A DNA stretch of 64,000 nucleotides from Paenalcaligenes sp. (GTDB lineage Bacteria; Pseudomonadota; Gammaproteobacteria; Burkholderiales; Burkholderiaceae_B): the NCBI GenBank assembly GCA_035301625.1, contig DATGTW010000071.1:4858-68857 (forward strand). Direction: 5' to 3'. Position 1 is the first letter of the stretch, and each line of letters opens with the position of its first letter. The notes beneath the pieces are model-generated. The model made no database searches and was not told the origin of the DNA. It was given only the letters and a program-made list of their open reading frames with translations. Shown here one piece after another: positions 38,675-49,087 of this stretch. Made by a program: the position numbers and the translations under genes.

Positions 38675-40009
38675 ATGTTTTTAACCCTCCTTGCTTTTGC
38701 TTTTGCGATTGGTTTGCTTGTGGTTATTCACGAGCTAGGGCATTATTGGGTGGCTCGTTATTGCGGGGTTCATGTCGAGCGCTTTTCATTTGGTTTTGGC
38801 AAGGTTTTAGCTAAATACACCGACCGCCGTGGTTGCGAGTGGGCATTTTCAGCTATTCCTTTGGGTGGTTATGTGATGATGCGCAACCAAGCCCCGGAAA
38901 CCGCCAGCGAGGATTACAAAAGCAGTACTGTTCAAAGCAAAACTGTTTGGCAGCGTATCGCGATAACAGCAGCTGGACCGATTGCTAATCTTGTTTTGGC
39001 AGCCTTTCTGTACGCTATTCTGGCTTGGATGGGTACGCCAGAACCTGTCGCAATCCTGGCTGAGCCAGCTACAAATACCCCCGCAGCCGAGGCGGGTTTC
39101 AAGGCGCAGGACAAAATTCTCGCGGTTGAAGACAAGCCTTTGTCAACGTGGTCGTCATTTCGTTGGGCAATGCTTGATAGGGTGCATACGGATAAGCCAG
39201 TGGAGATTACGGTCTCAGACTTGGGCGGTCACCATACCACTCGCGTACTGAATAACCCACATGTTAATTTTGCCGATAGTCAAGAAATAGATCCTTTGGA
39301 AGAGCTGGGTTTTGCCATGCTCATGCCCAAACCTAGTATTCAGCAGGTAATCGCAGGTGGTGCTGCTGAGCGTGCAGGGCTGCTTAAAGGTGACGAGATT
39401 GTCTCTATTAATGGACAATTTATCGATGGTGTACATGATTTTTTAAATTGGGTACGTGCACATCCTGACACTGCAGCTACATTTGAGGTCATTCGTAACG
39501 GGCGCGCGCAATCGTTTCCTGTTCATGTAGATGCGGTGCAAGAACAAGGGGAGCAAATCGGCCGAGTAGGTGCCATGATTGGCGCACAGCCTGAAATTGA
39601 GCATACACGGGCAGGGCTTTGGAAGGGTCTGACAACGGGTGTTGAGCGCACGGCCAATACCTTTTGGTTTTCAGTAAAAATGCTCGGCAGGATGGTCACT
39701 GGGCAAATTTCAGTTAAAACAATTAGTGGTCCAGTGACCATTGCAGATTATGCGGGGCAGACTGCACGGGTAGGCTTAGGAGCCTACATACAGTTTTTAG
39801 CGCTAATTAGTGTTAGTATTGGTTTGTTAAATTTGCTGCCGATCCCTATGTTAGATGGCGGCCATTTGTTGTATTATGCCATCGAGGCGGTGCGTGGTAA
39901 GCCCTTGCCGGACAAGTGGCAAGACATCGGCCATCGCATTGGTCTTAGTCTTTTGGCAGCGTTGATGGTGTTAGCCTTTGTGAATGATTTTACTCGTGTA
40001 TTGCAGTAG
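38675..40009 (+). CDS. rseP: RIP metalloprotease RseP
   Basis: HELGH, two PDZ domains and NLLPIPMLDGG. Confidence 0.96.
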   Translation: MFLTLLAFAFAIGLLVVIHELGHYWVARYCGVHVERFSFGFGKVLAKYTDRRGCEWAFSAIPLGGYVMMRNQAPETASEDYKSSTVQSKTVWQRIAITAAGPIANLVLAAFLYAILAWMGTPEPVAILAEPATNTPAAEAGFKAQDKILAVEDKPLSTWSSFRWAMLDRVHTDKPVEITVSDLGGHHTTRVLNNPHVNFADSQEIDPLEELGFAMLMPKPSIQQVIAGGAAERAGLLKGDEIVSINGQFIDGVHDFLNWVRAHPDTAATFEVIRNGRAQSFPVHVDAVQEQGEQIGRVGAMIGAQPEIEHTRAGLWKGLTTGVERTANTFWFSVKMLGRMVTGQISVKTISGPVTIADYAGQTARVGLGAYIQFLALISVSIGLLNLLPIPMLDGGHLLYYAIEAVRGKPLPDKWQDIGHRIGLSLLAALMVLAFVNDFTRVLQ

Positions 40010-40076
40010 AGTAGACCGCGAGTATGTTTTGTTTTGGCCCATTTCTTATTTTTGGCTCAGTTCGAGGATGCAAAGA

Positions 40077-42431
40077 ATGTCGTTGAAAGTTAAATTACAA
40101 ACAATAGCGCGCACATTATCCCGGCTTATCCTGAGTAGCTTGTTGCTAATGCCTGCTTTGGCGTTGGCGTTTACGCCATTTGTAATTCGCGACATTCAGG
40201 TCCAGGGATTACAACGTTTGGATCCAGGTGCCGTTTTTGGATATTTGCCAGTAGGTGTGGGTGATGAATTCACCGAAGAACATGCCAGTGAAACGATTCA
40301 ACGGCTATATTCCAGTGGTTTTTTCAATGATGTCAGCATTGATGTAGAGGACGAGGTGCTCGTGGTGGCCGTTCAAGAGCGCCCTACAATTGCATCCATT
40401 AGCTTTACTGGGATGCGTGAGTTTGATCCAAAGGCCATCACAAAGGCTTTGGCTCAAGTTGGCTTTTCAGAAGGCCGCATTTTTGACCGCTCTATGCTCG
40501 AGCGTGCCGAGTTCGAACTAAAGCAGCAGTATTTATCCAAGGGCAAGTACGCGGTCGAGGTTGAACCCGTTATTACACCTTTGCCACGTAATCGAGTAGG
40601 GGTGAGCTTTGACATCTTCGAAGGTGATTTGGCAAAAATTAAAGAAATAAATATCGTAGGTAACGAAGATATCTCTACCAGCGATTTGTTGGCCGAAATG
40701 GAGCTCACCACATCGGGCATTATGACTTGGTATACAGGTACAGATAAATACTCACGTGAGAAACTTGAAGGCGACCTCGAGCGAATACGGTCTTATTACC
40801 TGAATCGGGGTTATTTGGAATTCCATGCTGAGCCGCCCCAGGTCACTATTTCTCCTGATCGTAAAGAGATCTTCATCACTTTGACCATTGATGAGGGCAA
40901 GCCCTTCCAAGTGAACAATGTACAGTTAGCAGGGGATTTACTTGGGCTTGATGATCAAATGCAAGAGCTGATCACGGTCAAAGAGGGGGATACTTTTTCA
41001 GCCGAGCAGACCAATGAAACTGTACAAGCCATCACTGATTATCTAGGCAGTTTAGGCTATGGCTTTGCCAACGTTAATCCACAGCCCATTATGGATCGTG
41101 ACGAGCAGCAAACTGATCTGACTTTTTACGTGGATCCTGGTCGTCGAGTCTATGTGCGTCGGATCGAAATTGGTGGCAACGTACGTACCCGGGATGAGGT
41201 AATTCGCCGCGAGATGCGTCAACAAGAGGCCGCCTGGTACGATGAGGGTAATATTAATCTATCACGTGATCGTATTGACCGATTGGGCTACTTTTCCGAG
41301 GTTGACGTTCACGCCGAGCCTGTTCCTGGTTCTCCGGATCAGGTGGATTTAGTGGTGGACGTTAAAGAACGTCCTACCGGGATGGTTAACTTAGGTATTG
41401 GGTATGGGACCACTGACAAGGTCATGTTGTCTGCGGGGATCAGCCAAGACAACATTTTTGGTAGTGGAAACAGCCTCTCACTGCAGTTAAATACCAGTAA
41501 AATTCACCGTACTGCCGTTTTGGCGCATACGGATCCTTATTGGACAAAAGACGGCGTCAGTAAAACAACCTCACTTTACTACCGTCGCACCAAACCCTAT
41601 GACTATCGTTGGTCCGAAGGGGATTTCCAGGTCACCTCAATTGGGCTTGGTTTAAGTTTTGGCGTTCCAATAACGGAAAATGATACGATTTTTGTCGGAG
41701 GTAGTTTTGAGCGGAACGGTCTGGACAAGCTGCACCCGCGTTACACGCCTGAAACTTACCAACAGTTTGTTGACGAATATGGCAAGTACTCCAATGCCTT
41801 TATCTTTAATCTCGGTTGGGACAAAGACACTCGTGACAGTGCCTTAGCACCTACACGAGGCAGCTTTACCAGTGTTTCTGCTGATTTCTCTGTACTCGAT
41901 TTAAAGTACTATATGCTCAGTGCAGAACATCAGCATTACTTGCCTATCGGACGTAGTATGACCTTAGCCTTGAACGGTATGATTGATTACGGCCGTTCGT
42001 ATGGTAGCGATAAGCCTTTCCCCATCATTAAAACCGTTTATGGTGGCGGTATCGGGACTGTGCGCGGATACGAAGGGGGGTCATTAGGGCCTCGCGACCC
42101 ACGCACAAATGACTTCTTGGGGGGTTCACGTCGCATCGTGGGTAATGTACAGTTATACCTACCGTTTCCCGGGGCAAGTCGGGATCGCACTTTGCGGTGG
42201 TTTGTGTTTGCCGATGCGGGACGCGTCGACAATACACAGGCACCCACATGTTACAAGGGCGCAGCACCGCATCGCGCAGATGATCCTTGCGGGTGGAAAT
42301 ACTCTGCTGGCGTAGGCTTATCATGGGATTCTCCACTTGGCCCCTTGCAGTTATCGTATGGCCGTGCCTTGAACGCCAAGCGTGGCGATGAAAAGCAGGC
42401 ATTTCAATTCCAAATCGGTACTGCCTTTTAA
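40077..42431 (+). CDS. bamA: Outer membrane protein assembly factor BamA (start 40068 or 40077)
   Basis: Signal peptide, POTRA domains, VRGY motif and C-terminal FQFQIGTAF. Confidence 0.96.
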   Translation: MSLKVKLQTIARTLSRLILSSLLLMPALALAFTPFVIRDIQVQGLQRLDPGAVFGYLPVGVGDEFTEEHASETIQRLYSSGFFNDVSIDVEDEVLVVAVQERPTIASISFTGMREFDPKAITKALAQVGFSEGRIFDRSMLERAEFELKQQYLSKGKYAVEVEPVITPLPRNRVGVSFDIFEGDLAKIKEINIVGNEDISTSDLLAEMELTTSGIMTWYTGTDKYSREKLEGDLERIRSYYLNRGYLEFHAEPPQVTISPDRKEIFITLTIDEGKPFQVNNVQLAGDLLGLDDQMQELITVKEGDTFSAEQTNETVQAITDYLGSLGYGFANVNPQPIMDRDEQQTDLTFYVDPGRRVYVRRIEIGGNVRTRDEVIRREMRQQEAAWYDEGNINLSRDRIDRLGYFSEVDVHAEPVPGSPDQVDLVVDVKERPTGMVNLGIGYGTTDKVMLSAGISQDNIFGSGNSLSLQLNTSKIHRTAVLAHTDPYWTKDGVSKTTSLYYRRTKPYDYRWSEGDFQVTSIGLGLSFGVPITENDTIFVGGSFERNGLDKLHPRYTPETYQQFVDEYGKYSNAFIFNLGWDKDTRDSALAPTRGSFTSVSADFSVLDLKYYMLSAEHQHYLPIGRSMTLALNGMIDYGRSYGSDKPFPIIKTVYGGGIGTVRGYEGGSLGPRDPRTNDFLGGSRRIVGNVQLYLPFPGASRDRTLRWFVFADAGRVDNTQAPTCYKGAAPHRADDPCGWKYSAGVGLSWDSPLGPLQLSYGRALNAKRGDEKQAFQFQIGTAF

Positions 42432-42482
42432 GTCAACATAAAGACAGGTTTTTTTGCAGCGTTTATAGCAAGGTAGATTTAC

Positions 42483-43037
42483 ATGACATCTAAATTAGCA
42501 TCTCAGTTTTCCGCTCTCGCACAGGCTACGGCCCGTGGCAACCGTGCACTTGTTTTTGCCGCTTTGTTGGGGGCATCTAGCTTGGTAGCTACGCCTGTAG
42601 CACAAGCACAGACTAAAATTGGTTATGTGAATGTAGAGCGCATCTTGCACAGCTCGAACACAGCCAAATCGGCACAGTCAAAAATTGAGTCCGAGTTTAG
42701 CAAGCGCAATGACGAGCTAGAGCGCTTGGCTAACAATTTGCGTGCTGAAATCCAAAAATATGACAAGGACGCTCCTGCGCTTTCAGATAGCGAGCGTGTA
42801 CGTCGTCAGCGACAGCTTGAAGATCTCGAGTCTGACTTGCAACGTAAAGAACGTGAATTCCAAGAGGATGTAAACTTGCGTCGCAATGAGCTGTTTTCCG
42901 ATATCATTGACAAAGCCGACGGTGCGATTCAACGCATTGCCGAGTCTCAGGGCTATGACCTGATCATCACCGATGCAGTTACAGTGAGTCCTCAGGTAGA
43001 CATCACCGACGAAGTACTCAAGGCTATTGGTGGTTAA
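42483..43037 (+). CDS. skp: OmpH/Skp periplasmic chaperone
   Basis: Signal peptide ending AQA, KIGYVN, coiled coil and DITDEVLK. Confidence 0.93.
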   Translation: MTSKLASQFSALAQATARGNRALVFAALLGASSLVATPVAQAQTKIGYVNVERILHSSNTAKSAQSKIESEFSKRNDELERLANNLRAEIQKYDKDAPALSDSERVRRQRQLEDLESDLQRKEREFQEDVNLRRNELFSDIIDKADGAIQRIAESQGYDLIITDAVTVSPQVDITDEVLKAIGG

Positions 43038-43043
43038 TCCATT

Positions 43044-44177
43044 ATGCCGGTATTACTTGCGTCAGAATCGGCGCCTACTTTATTTGAGTTACTAACACAA
43101 CTCGAAAAAGACAGTGGGCTCGATTGGGTTCTGCCAGAGGGTGCAGCGCGTACTGTGTATGAGCAAGTACGGGTATGCGGTATCGGCTCTTTGCAAAGCG
43201 CAGGTGAGACTGAACTTAGCTTTCTGGCAAACCCTAAATTACGCGCGCAGCTACACGATACCCAAGCTGCCGCAGTATTTCTGCGTGCGGATGATCTTTC
43301 GGCTCTGATACAGACAGGGATACAGTATTCATTCTTGCCGATTATTTGCGATTCCCCTTATTTCGCCTATGCTCTAATTGCCCAATGGTTTGATTCTTTA
43401 CGGCTCAAAAAGCTACCTAAGGCGCATCATCCCAGTGCAGTTATTCACCCGTCAGCAACAATTGCCCAAGGTGTACATATAGGCCCGCACACCGTAATAG
43501 AGGCCAATGTGTGTATCGGCGAGGGCACCCGTATCGAGGCTAACACCTATGTTGGTGATAACGTGTCGATCGGTTCTGATTGTCATATATACCCAAATGT
43601 CGTGCTCTATCACGGTACCCAGATAGGGAATCGTTGTATTATTCACGGTGGCGCTGTACTGGGTGCAGATGGGTTTGGTTTTGCACCGCATCCACAGCAC
43701 GAGGGTCAGTGGGCTAAAATTGCTCAACTTGGCGGGGTTATGATTGGCAATGATGTTGAGATCGGTGCTAATACAACTATCGATAGGGGGGCATTGGACG
43801 CTACTCAGATCGATGATGGTGTCAAATTGGATAACCAAATTATGGTGGCCCATAACGTTACTATTGGTCCACATACTGCAATTGCTGCCTGCGTAGGAAT
43901 TGCGGGTTCGACACATATAGGTGCACGCTGCATCATTGGTGGCGCAGCGATGATATCAGGTCATTTATCAATTGCTGATGATGTACAGGTGTCCGGAGGG
44001 ACTGCAGTTACATCCTCCGTCCACCAAGCCGGTCGCCTGACCGGGGTATACCCCTACCAAGAGCACAAGCAATGGCAGCGTAATGCGGCCGTCATTTCCC
44101 AACTATCCTCGTTGCGAAGGCGTGTGCGCGATTTAGAACGCGCCTTAAATGATTCGACAACAGAGACAGAAAAATAA
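43044..44177 (+). CDS. lpxD: UDP-3-O-acylglucosamine N-acyltransferase
   Basis: Hexapeptide repeats; GADGFGF and [11 protein letters not shown] motifs. Confidence 0.95.
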   Translation: MPVLLASESAPTLFELLTQLEKDSGLDWVLPEGAARTVYEQVRVCGIGSLQSAGETELSFLANPKLRAQLHDTQAAAVFLRADDLSALIQTGIQYSFLPIICDSPYFAYALIAQWFDSLRLKKLPKAHHPSAVIHPSATIAQGVHIGPHTVIEANVCIGEGTRIEANTYVGDNVSIGSDCHIYPNVVLYHGTQIGNRCIIHGGAVLGADGFGFAPHPQHEGQWAKIAQLGGVMIGNDVEIGANTTIDRGALDATQIDDGVKLDNQIMVAHNVTIGPHTAIAACVGIAGSTHIGARCIIGGAAMISGHLSIADDVQVSGGTAVTSSVHQAGRLTGVYPYQEHKQWQRNAAVISQLSSLRRRVRDLERALNDSTTETEK

Positions 44178-44190
44178 ATCAGGATTTATT

Positions 44191-44643
44191 ATGGAGCTAA
44201 ATATTCAGCAGATCATGGAGCGCCTACCACATCGCTATCCTATGCTGCTTATTGATCGTGTGATTGAGATGGTCCCAGCCGAGCGTGTGGTTGCCATCAA
44301 AAATGTCACTTATAATGAACCTTTTTTTGCTGGTCATTTTCCGCATCATCCTGTAATGCCTGGCGTATTGATTATCGAAGCAATGGCTCAGGCTGCGGCT
44401 GTATTTTCTTTTGAGGATGATGCCGAGGTCAATCCAGCAAGTCAAAAAATTGCTTACTATTTGGTTGGGGTAGATAGAGCCCGGTTCCGAAAGCCGGTTG
44501 TGCCTGGGGATCAATTACGGATTGAGGTTGATGCCGAACGAATTAGCCGTTCAATGTGCAAATATGCAGCACGTGCCTTGGTAGACGGTCAGGTCGTCGC
44601 CGAAGCTAAAATTATGTGTGCCATCCGTGTTATTGAAGAGTAG
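44191..44643 (+). CDS. fabZ: 3-hydroxyacyl-ACP dehydratase
   Basis: [12 protein letters not shown] and [18 protein letters not shown] motifs. Confidence 0.97.
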   Translation: MELNIQQIMERLPHRYPMLLIDRVIEMVPAERVVAIKNVTYNEPFFAGHFPHHPVMPGVLIIEAMAQAAAVFSFEDDAEVNPASQKIAYYLVGVDRARFRKPVVPGDQLRIEVDAERISRSMCKYAARALVDGQVVAEAKIMCAIRVIEE

Positions 44644-44648
44644 TTTGT

Positions 44649-45440
44649 ATGGGCTTGATTCATAAAACAGCTCTGGTTTCACCGACTGCTAAATTGCATC
44701 CTACTGTTGAGGTGGGTGCCTATAGTATTATCGGCGATCATGTATGTATTGATGAAGGCACTCGCGTTGGTCCTCATTGCGTGATTGATGGCCATACTAC
44801 TATCGGTAAAAACAATGAGTTTTATCGATTTTGTTCTATCGGCGGTATTCCTCAGGATAAAAAATATGCAGGTGAACCAACATGCTTGGAAATTGGCGAC
44901 GATAATACCGTACGCGAGTATGTCACCATCAATACGGGTACAGTCCAAGACGTTGGGGTGACCCGCATCGGCAATGACAACTGGATCATGGCCTATGTGC
45001 ATATCGCGCATGATTGTCAAGTAGGTAATCATACAATTATCGCCAATAGTGTGCAGCTGGCCGGCCATATACATATTGGTGACTGGGCTGTTCTTGGGGG
45101 GCTATCCGCTGTTCACCAATTTGTTCGTATTGGTGAGCATTCGATGATTGGAGGCACGAGCTCAGTGCGACAGGACATCCCCCCATTTGTCATGGGTGCT
45201 GGTGACCCGTTTCGTGCCATAGGTGTCAATAGCGAGGGGTTGCAACGTCGCGGCTATAATCAAGAAACCATTGCCCAGCTCAAGCAAGCCTACCGACTAC
45301 TTTATAGGCGCAAACTCACCACGGATGAGGCTGTTGCTGAGATACAAGGGCTTAGCGCAGATAGTGAGCAAACCAAGAATGTATTGCAACATTTTGCTCA
45401 GTTTGTCCAGACATCCAAGCGCGGATTTGCTCGTCCATGA
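44649..45440 (+). CDS. lpxA: UDP-N-acetylglucosamine acyltransferase
   Basis: PQDKKY, HIAHDC, LAGH and HQF motifs. Confidence 0.97.
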   Translation: MGLIHKTALVSPTAKLHPTVEVGAYSIIGDHVCIDEGTRVGPHCVIDGHTTIGKNNEFYRFCSIGGIPQDKKYAGEPTCLEIGDDNTVREYVTINTGTVQDVGVTRIGNDNWIMAYVHIAHDCQVGNHTIIANSVQLAGHIHIGDWAVLGGLSAVHQFVRIGEHSMIGGTSSVRQDIPPFVMGAGDPFRAIGVNSEGLQRRGYNQETIAQLKQAYRLLYRRKLTTDEAVAEIQGLSADSEQTKNVLQHFAQFVQTSKRGFARP

Positions 45441-46633
45441 CTCAAATAACGATGGTTGCAGGAGAGCCCTCGGGTGATTTGCTAGCTGCACGTGTGTTGC
45501 GTGGTATCAGAGCGTCTTTGCCCAACTGCCAGTTTACTGGTATTGGTGGGCCTGCTTTGCGCGCTGCAGGACAAGCACAATGGCATGATATGGAGGCTTT
45601 GAGTGTTTTTGGCTATGTAGATGCGCTCAAACAGTTACCTCGTTTATGGCATATTTTTCAAAACACAAAAAAACGCTGTCTTAGTAATCGTCCTGATGTT
45701 TATGTGGGGATTGATGCCCCCGACTTTAATCTGCGCATGGAAAAGGCCCTGAAGTCATCAGGCATTCCAACTATTCAATTCGTTAGCCCATCTATTTGGG
45801 CTTGGCGCTATGCGCGCATACACAGCATACGTGAATCGGTCTCACATATGTTGGTACTCTTTCCATTTGAAGTCCCTCTTTACGAGAAAGAAGGCATACC
45901 TGTTACTTTTGTGGGGCATCCTCTGGCCAAAGAAATACCTTTGGAACCTGATATGCAGGTGGCGCGTAAGCGTTTGGGTTTAAATGAAAAATCACCTGTG
46001 TTGGTTATACTTCCAGGTAGTCGGGCGTCAGAAATTAAATGGCTGGCGCCTTTGTTTTTTCAGGTAGCGTCTCGTTTGCAACAGAAACATCCGGAACTAC
46101 AGCTGCTAATCCCGGCGGTTAACCCTAAAAGGGCAACAGAGATAAAAGCAGAATTAGGGCGCCACTCACTAAAACAAGTACATATAATTGAATCAGAGCA
46201 CTCATTAAAAGAAACCATCGATGATAGCGTAGAGTTTTCTGACCAGCCATTATCTTGGCAATGTATGCAAGCCGCAGATGCCTTGTTGTTGGCCAGCGGA
46301 ACAGCTGCACTCGAGGGCATGATGTTCAAAAAGCCCATGGTGATCTCTTATATTTTATCACCACTCATGCGTAAAATTATGGCCTGGCAGTCAGGACAAG
46401 AGCGCCCCTATACGCAGTGGGTAGGCTTACCCAACATTTTAGCCAATAAGGAAATAGCCCCTGAGTTTCTGCAAAATGACGCCACAGTAGAAAATATTTT
46501 GCCAGCGATGGAAACGGCATTATTCGATAGTGATTATAGACAATGGGTACGTCAGGAATCATCTGTATTACACCAACAATTGCGCCAGGACACAGCGGCG
46601 TTAGCAGCAAAGGTCATCGTTCAGTATTCATAG
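45437..46633 (+). CDS. lpxB: Lipid-A-disaccharide synthase
   Basis: AGEPSGD, IDAPDFN, SPSIWAWR, PGSR and SGTA motifs. Confidence 0.96.
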   Translation: MTQITMVAGEPSGDLLAARVLRGIRASLPNCQFTGIGGPALRAAGQAQWHDMEALSVFGYVDALKQLPRLWHIFQNTKKRCLSNRPDVYVGIDAPDFNLRMEKALKSSGIPTIQFVSPSIWAWRYARIHSIRESVSHMLVLFPFEVPLYEKEGIPVTFVGHPLAKEIPLEPDMQVARKRLGLNEKSPVLVILPGSRASEIKWLAPLFFQVASRLQQKHPELQLLIPAVNPKRATEIKAELGRHSLKQVHIIESEHSLKETIDDSVEFSDQPLSWQCMQAADALLLASGTAALEGMMFKKPMVISYILSPLMRKIMAWQSGQERPYTQWVGLPNILANKEIAPEFLQNDATVENILPAMETALFDSDYRQWVRQESSVLHQQLRQDTAALAAKVIVQYS

Positions 46634-46636
46634 CTT

Positions 46637-47242
46637 ATGCCTTTATTCCAACAAGTCGTCGAACATATAGCCGGTGTTGATGAAGCGGGCAGGGGGCCTT
46701 TGGCCGGCCCTGTATTTGCAGCTGCAGTGATCTTGAATCCTTCTCGGCCTATCGAGGGTCTAATGGATTCTAAAAAACTGAGTGCGCAGCGCCGCGAAGA
46801 ACTGGCTACCATTATTCGGGCTCATGCCTTTTCTTGGTGTGTGGCCCAAGCTTCGACGGTAGAGATAGATAATATAAATATTCTTCAGGCTACTTTATTA
46901 GCGATGCGTCGTGCTGTTCATGGTTTGGATTTAAATCCTGATCAGGTCATTATCGATGGGCGCAATATTCCTGAAGGCTTAGGCATTGATGCGATAGCAG
47001 TCGTCAAAGCGGATCAGGATTACGCTCAGGTGGCAGCTGCCTCTATATTAGCCAAAACTGCTCGTGATCGATGGTGTTTGGCTCTAGATGAAAAATATCC
47101 TGAATACGGTTTTGCACAACATAAAGGCTATGGCACAGCTTTGCACCAAGAGCGTTTAAAAGAGTTTGGTCCTTGTCCAGAGCATCGCCGCAGCTTTGCA
47201 CCGGTACGACGCTTGCTCAAGCATCCACAGAGGATTGGCTAA
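46637..47242 (+). CDS. rnhB: Ribonuclease HII
   Basis: [26 protein letters not shown] and HKGYGT motifs. Confidence 0.97.
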   Translation: MPLFQQVVEHIAGVDEAGRGPLAGPVFAAAVILNPSRPIEGLMDSKKLSAQRREELATIIRAHAFSWCVAQASTVEIDNINILQATLLAMRRAVHGLDLNPDQVIIDGRNIPEGLGIDAIAVVKADQDYAQVAAASILAKTARDRWCLALDEKYPEYGFAQHKGYGTALHQERLKEFGPCPEHRRSFAPVRRLLKHPQRIG

Positions 47243-48027
47243 TGCGTCATATTAGCTCTCGCCAGAATCGTTTTTATAAAGAATGGTTACGCATAGCACA
47301 GGCGGCTGGGGGATCTCGTAGTGACCTTGTTTTGCTTGAAGGGGTGCATTTATGCTCCGCCTGGTTACAGCATTTCGGAGCCCCGAATGCTGTTCTGTTA
47401 GATCAAAGTCAAATCAACGAAAGTGCCCTTGCAGAACTTTTTGATGCTTTAGTCGACGATGCGCCCACATATGTTTTAAGTCCAGGTTTGTTTAAAGGAC
47501 TAAGTGATGTTGTGAGCCCTCAAGGGGTAATTTTTGTAGTGCCCAAGCCCACCCCGCATACCCTAAAGGAAATTAACCAGACCTGTGTGCTTTTAGATCG
47601 CATCCAAGATCCCGGTAATTTGGGCACAATTCTTAGAACAGTCGCTGCTTTGAAAATAAATCATGTTTTTTTGACACCTGGTACGGTGGGAGCTTGGTCT
47701 CCAAAGGTATTACGCAGCGCCCAAGGGGCCCATTTTTTAACTACTATTCATGAGCAGGTTGATTTTGCCCAGTGGGTGACGGGTTTGAAAATACCTTTGG
47801 CACTGACACTGTTGGACTCACAATCACGGTCTTTATATGACAGCGATTTGCAAGGCCCTATTGCTTGGGCCTTTGGCAACGAAAGCCAGGGAGTTGATTC
47901 ACATTGGCAGAGTGCAGCCAAGCACTGCTTGATTATTCCACATGCAGCACAAATTGAATCTTTAAATGTATCCGTGGCTGCGGCAGTGTGCTTATTTGAG
48001 CATCACCGTCAAAACTTGCTAGCCTGA
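47242..48027 (+). CDS. TrmH/SpoU-family RNA methyltransferase
   Basis: QDPGNLGTILR, FGNESQG and ESLNVSVA motifs; TAATG overlap with rnhB. Confidence 0.92.
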   Translation: MRHISSRQNRFYKEWLRIAQAAGGSRSDLVLLEGVHLCSAWLQHFGAPNAVLLDQSQINESALAELFDALVDDAPTYVLSPGLFKGLSDVVSPQGVIFVVPKPTPHTLKEINQTCVLLDRIQDPGNLGTILRTVAALKINHVFLTPGTVGAWSPKVLRSAQGAHFLTTIHEQVDFAQWVTGLKIPLALTLLDSQSRSLYDSDLQGPIAWAFGNESQGVDSHWQSAAKHCLIIPHAAQIESLNVSVAAAVCLFEHHRQNLLA

Positions 48028-48101
48028 GCTTGAACGATTTAGCAATGGGTGAAATATCCTTTAGGGCAGGGAATATAAGCACGCCAGTGGGAAAACTGAC
48101 T

Positions 48102-48935
48102 TTAGTAGCTGCGTCGATTGAGCCCGACTTCGTTAAGTATTTTGGTGGAAATTTCCTCGATGGAGCGATTGGTGGTAGATAGCCAAGGGATACCCTCGAT
48201 TCTCATCAGGCGCTCGGCCTCGGTGATTTCATATATGCTCTGCTCTAGAGATGCGTATGTGCTGTCGGGGCGGCGTTCATTACGTACTTCGGATAAGCGC
48301 TCAGGATGGATGGACAGCCCGAACAGCTTTTTCCGATATGGGGCCAAGGTAGAGGGTAGGGTGCCACGTTCGAAGTCCTCGGGGATGAGAGGAAAATTGG
48401 CAACCTTTACGGCGTATTGCATGGCCAAGTACAGACTTGTCGGTGTTTTACCACAGCGCGAGACCCCAATGAGGATAACATCGGCTTGGTCTAGGCCACT
48501 GACAAACTGCCCATCATCATGTGCCAGGCTAAAGTTGATGGCATCAATGCGTGCATTATATTGCTCTGAGGTGACATTGCTATGTGAACGACCTACCGAG
48601 CGACTGGATTTAACCCCCAAAGCACGCTCGATATGCCTAACAAAGGCCCCAAAGAGGTCAAAGAAATTGCAATCCGCTGAACCAATAATGCGTGCTATAC
48701 GGGGATCCACCAAGGTACTAAATACCAGTGGTTTATCCTTGTTTTCCTGGGCGCAACGGGTAATGCGTTCAGCGACCTCGTGGGCTTTTTCGACCGTATC
48801 TACGAAAGGGATACGCACCGCGTTAAATTGGAATTGCTGGAATTGTGATAAAACAGAATGGCTAAAAGTCTCTGCAGTGATCCCGGTGCTATCCGAGATG
48901 ACAAAGACGGTGCGTTCAGTAAGTGGGTCGCTCAT
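48102..48935 (-). CDS. ppsR: PEP synthase regulatory protein (kinase/pyrophosphorylase, DUF299)
   Basis: ISDSTGITAE, HDDG and GVSRCGKTPTSLYLA motifs; divergent from ppsA. Confidence 0.95.
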   Translation of the reverse strand: MSDPLTERTVFVISDSTGITAETFSHSVLSQFQQFQFNAVRIPFVDTVEKAHEVAERITRCAQENKDKPLVFSTLVDPRIARIIGSADCNFFDLFGAFVRHIERALGVKSSRSVGRSHSNVTSEQYNARIDAINFSLAHDDGQFVSGLDQADVILIGVSRCGKTPTSLYLAMQYAVKVANFPLIPEDFERGTLPSTLAPYRKKLFGLSIHPERLSEVRNERRPDSTYASLEQSIYEITEAERLMRIEGIPWLSTTNRSIEEISTKILNEVGLNRRSY

Positions 48936-49087
48936 AGAAGGAGGTATTACATTAGAGGAGAAAACGGTACAATCTAAAAAGATTAACAGCGCCTTTGGAT
49001 TGCCGCAAGGCTTGTTTGCTTAGTGTAGAGAAAATTACTGGCTTTGCATTAAGCAAACTAGCTTTTTTAACTTCTAAAGGTGTCTTT

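Noticed and set aside
48118-49023. 301-aa + strand ORF
   Set aside because: It is antisense to the well-conserved ppsR over nearly its whole length and has no recognisable motif. It is a shadow ORF.
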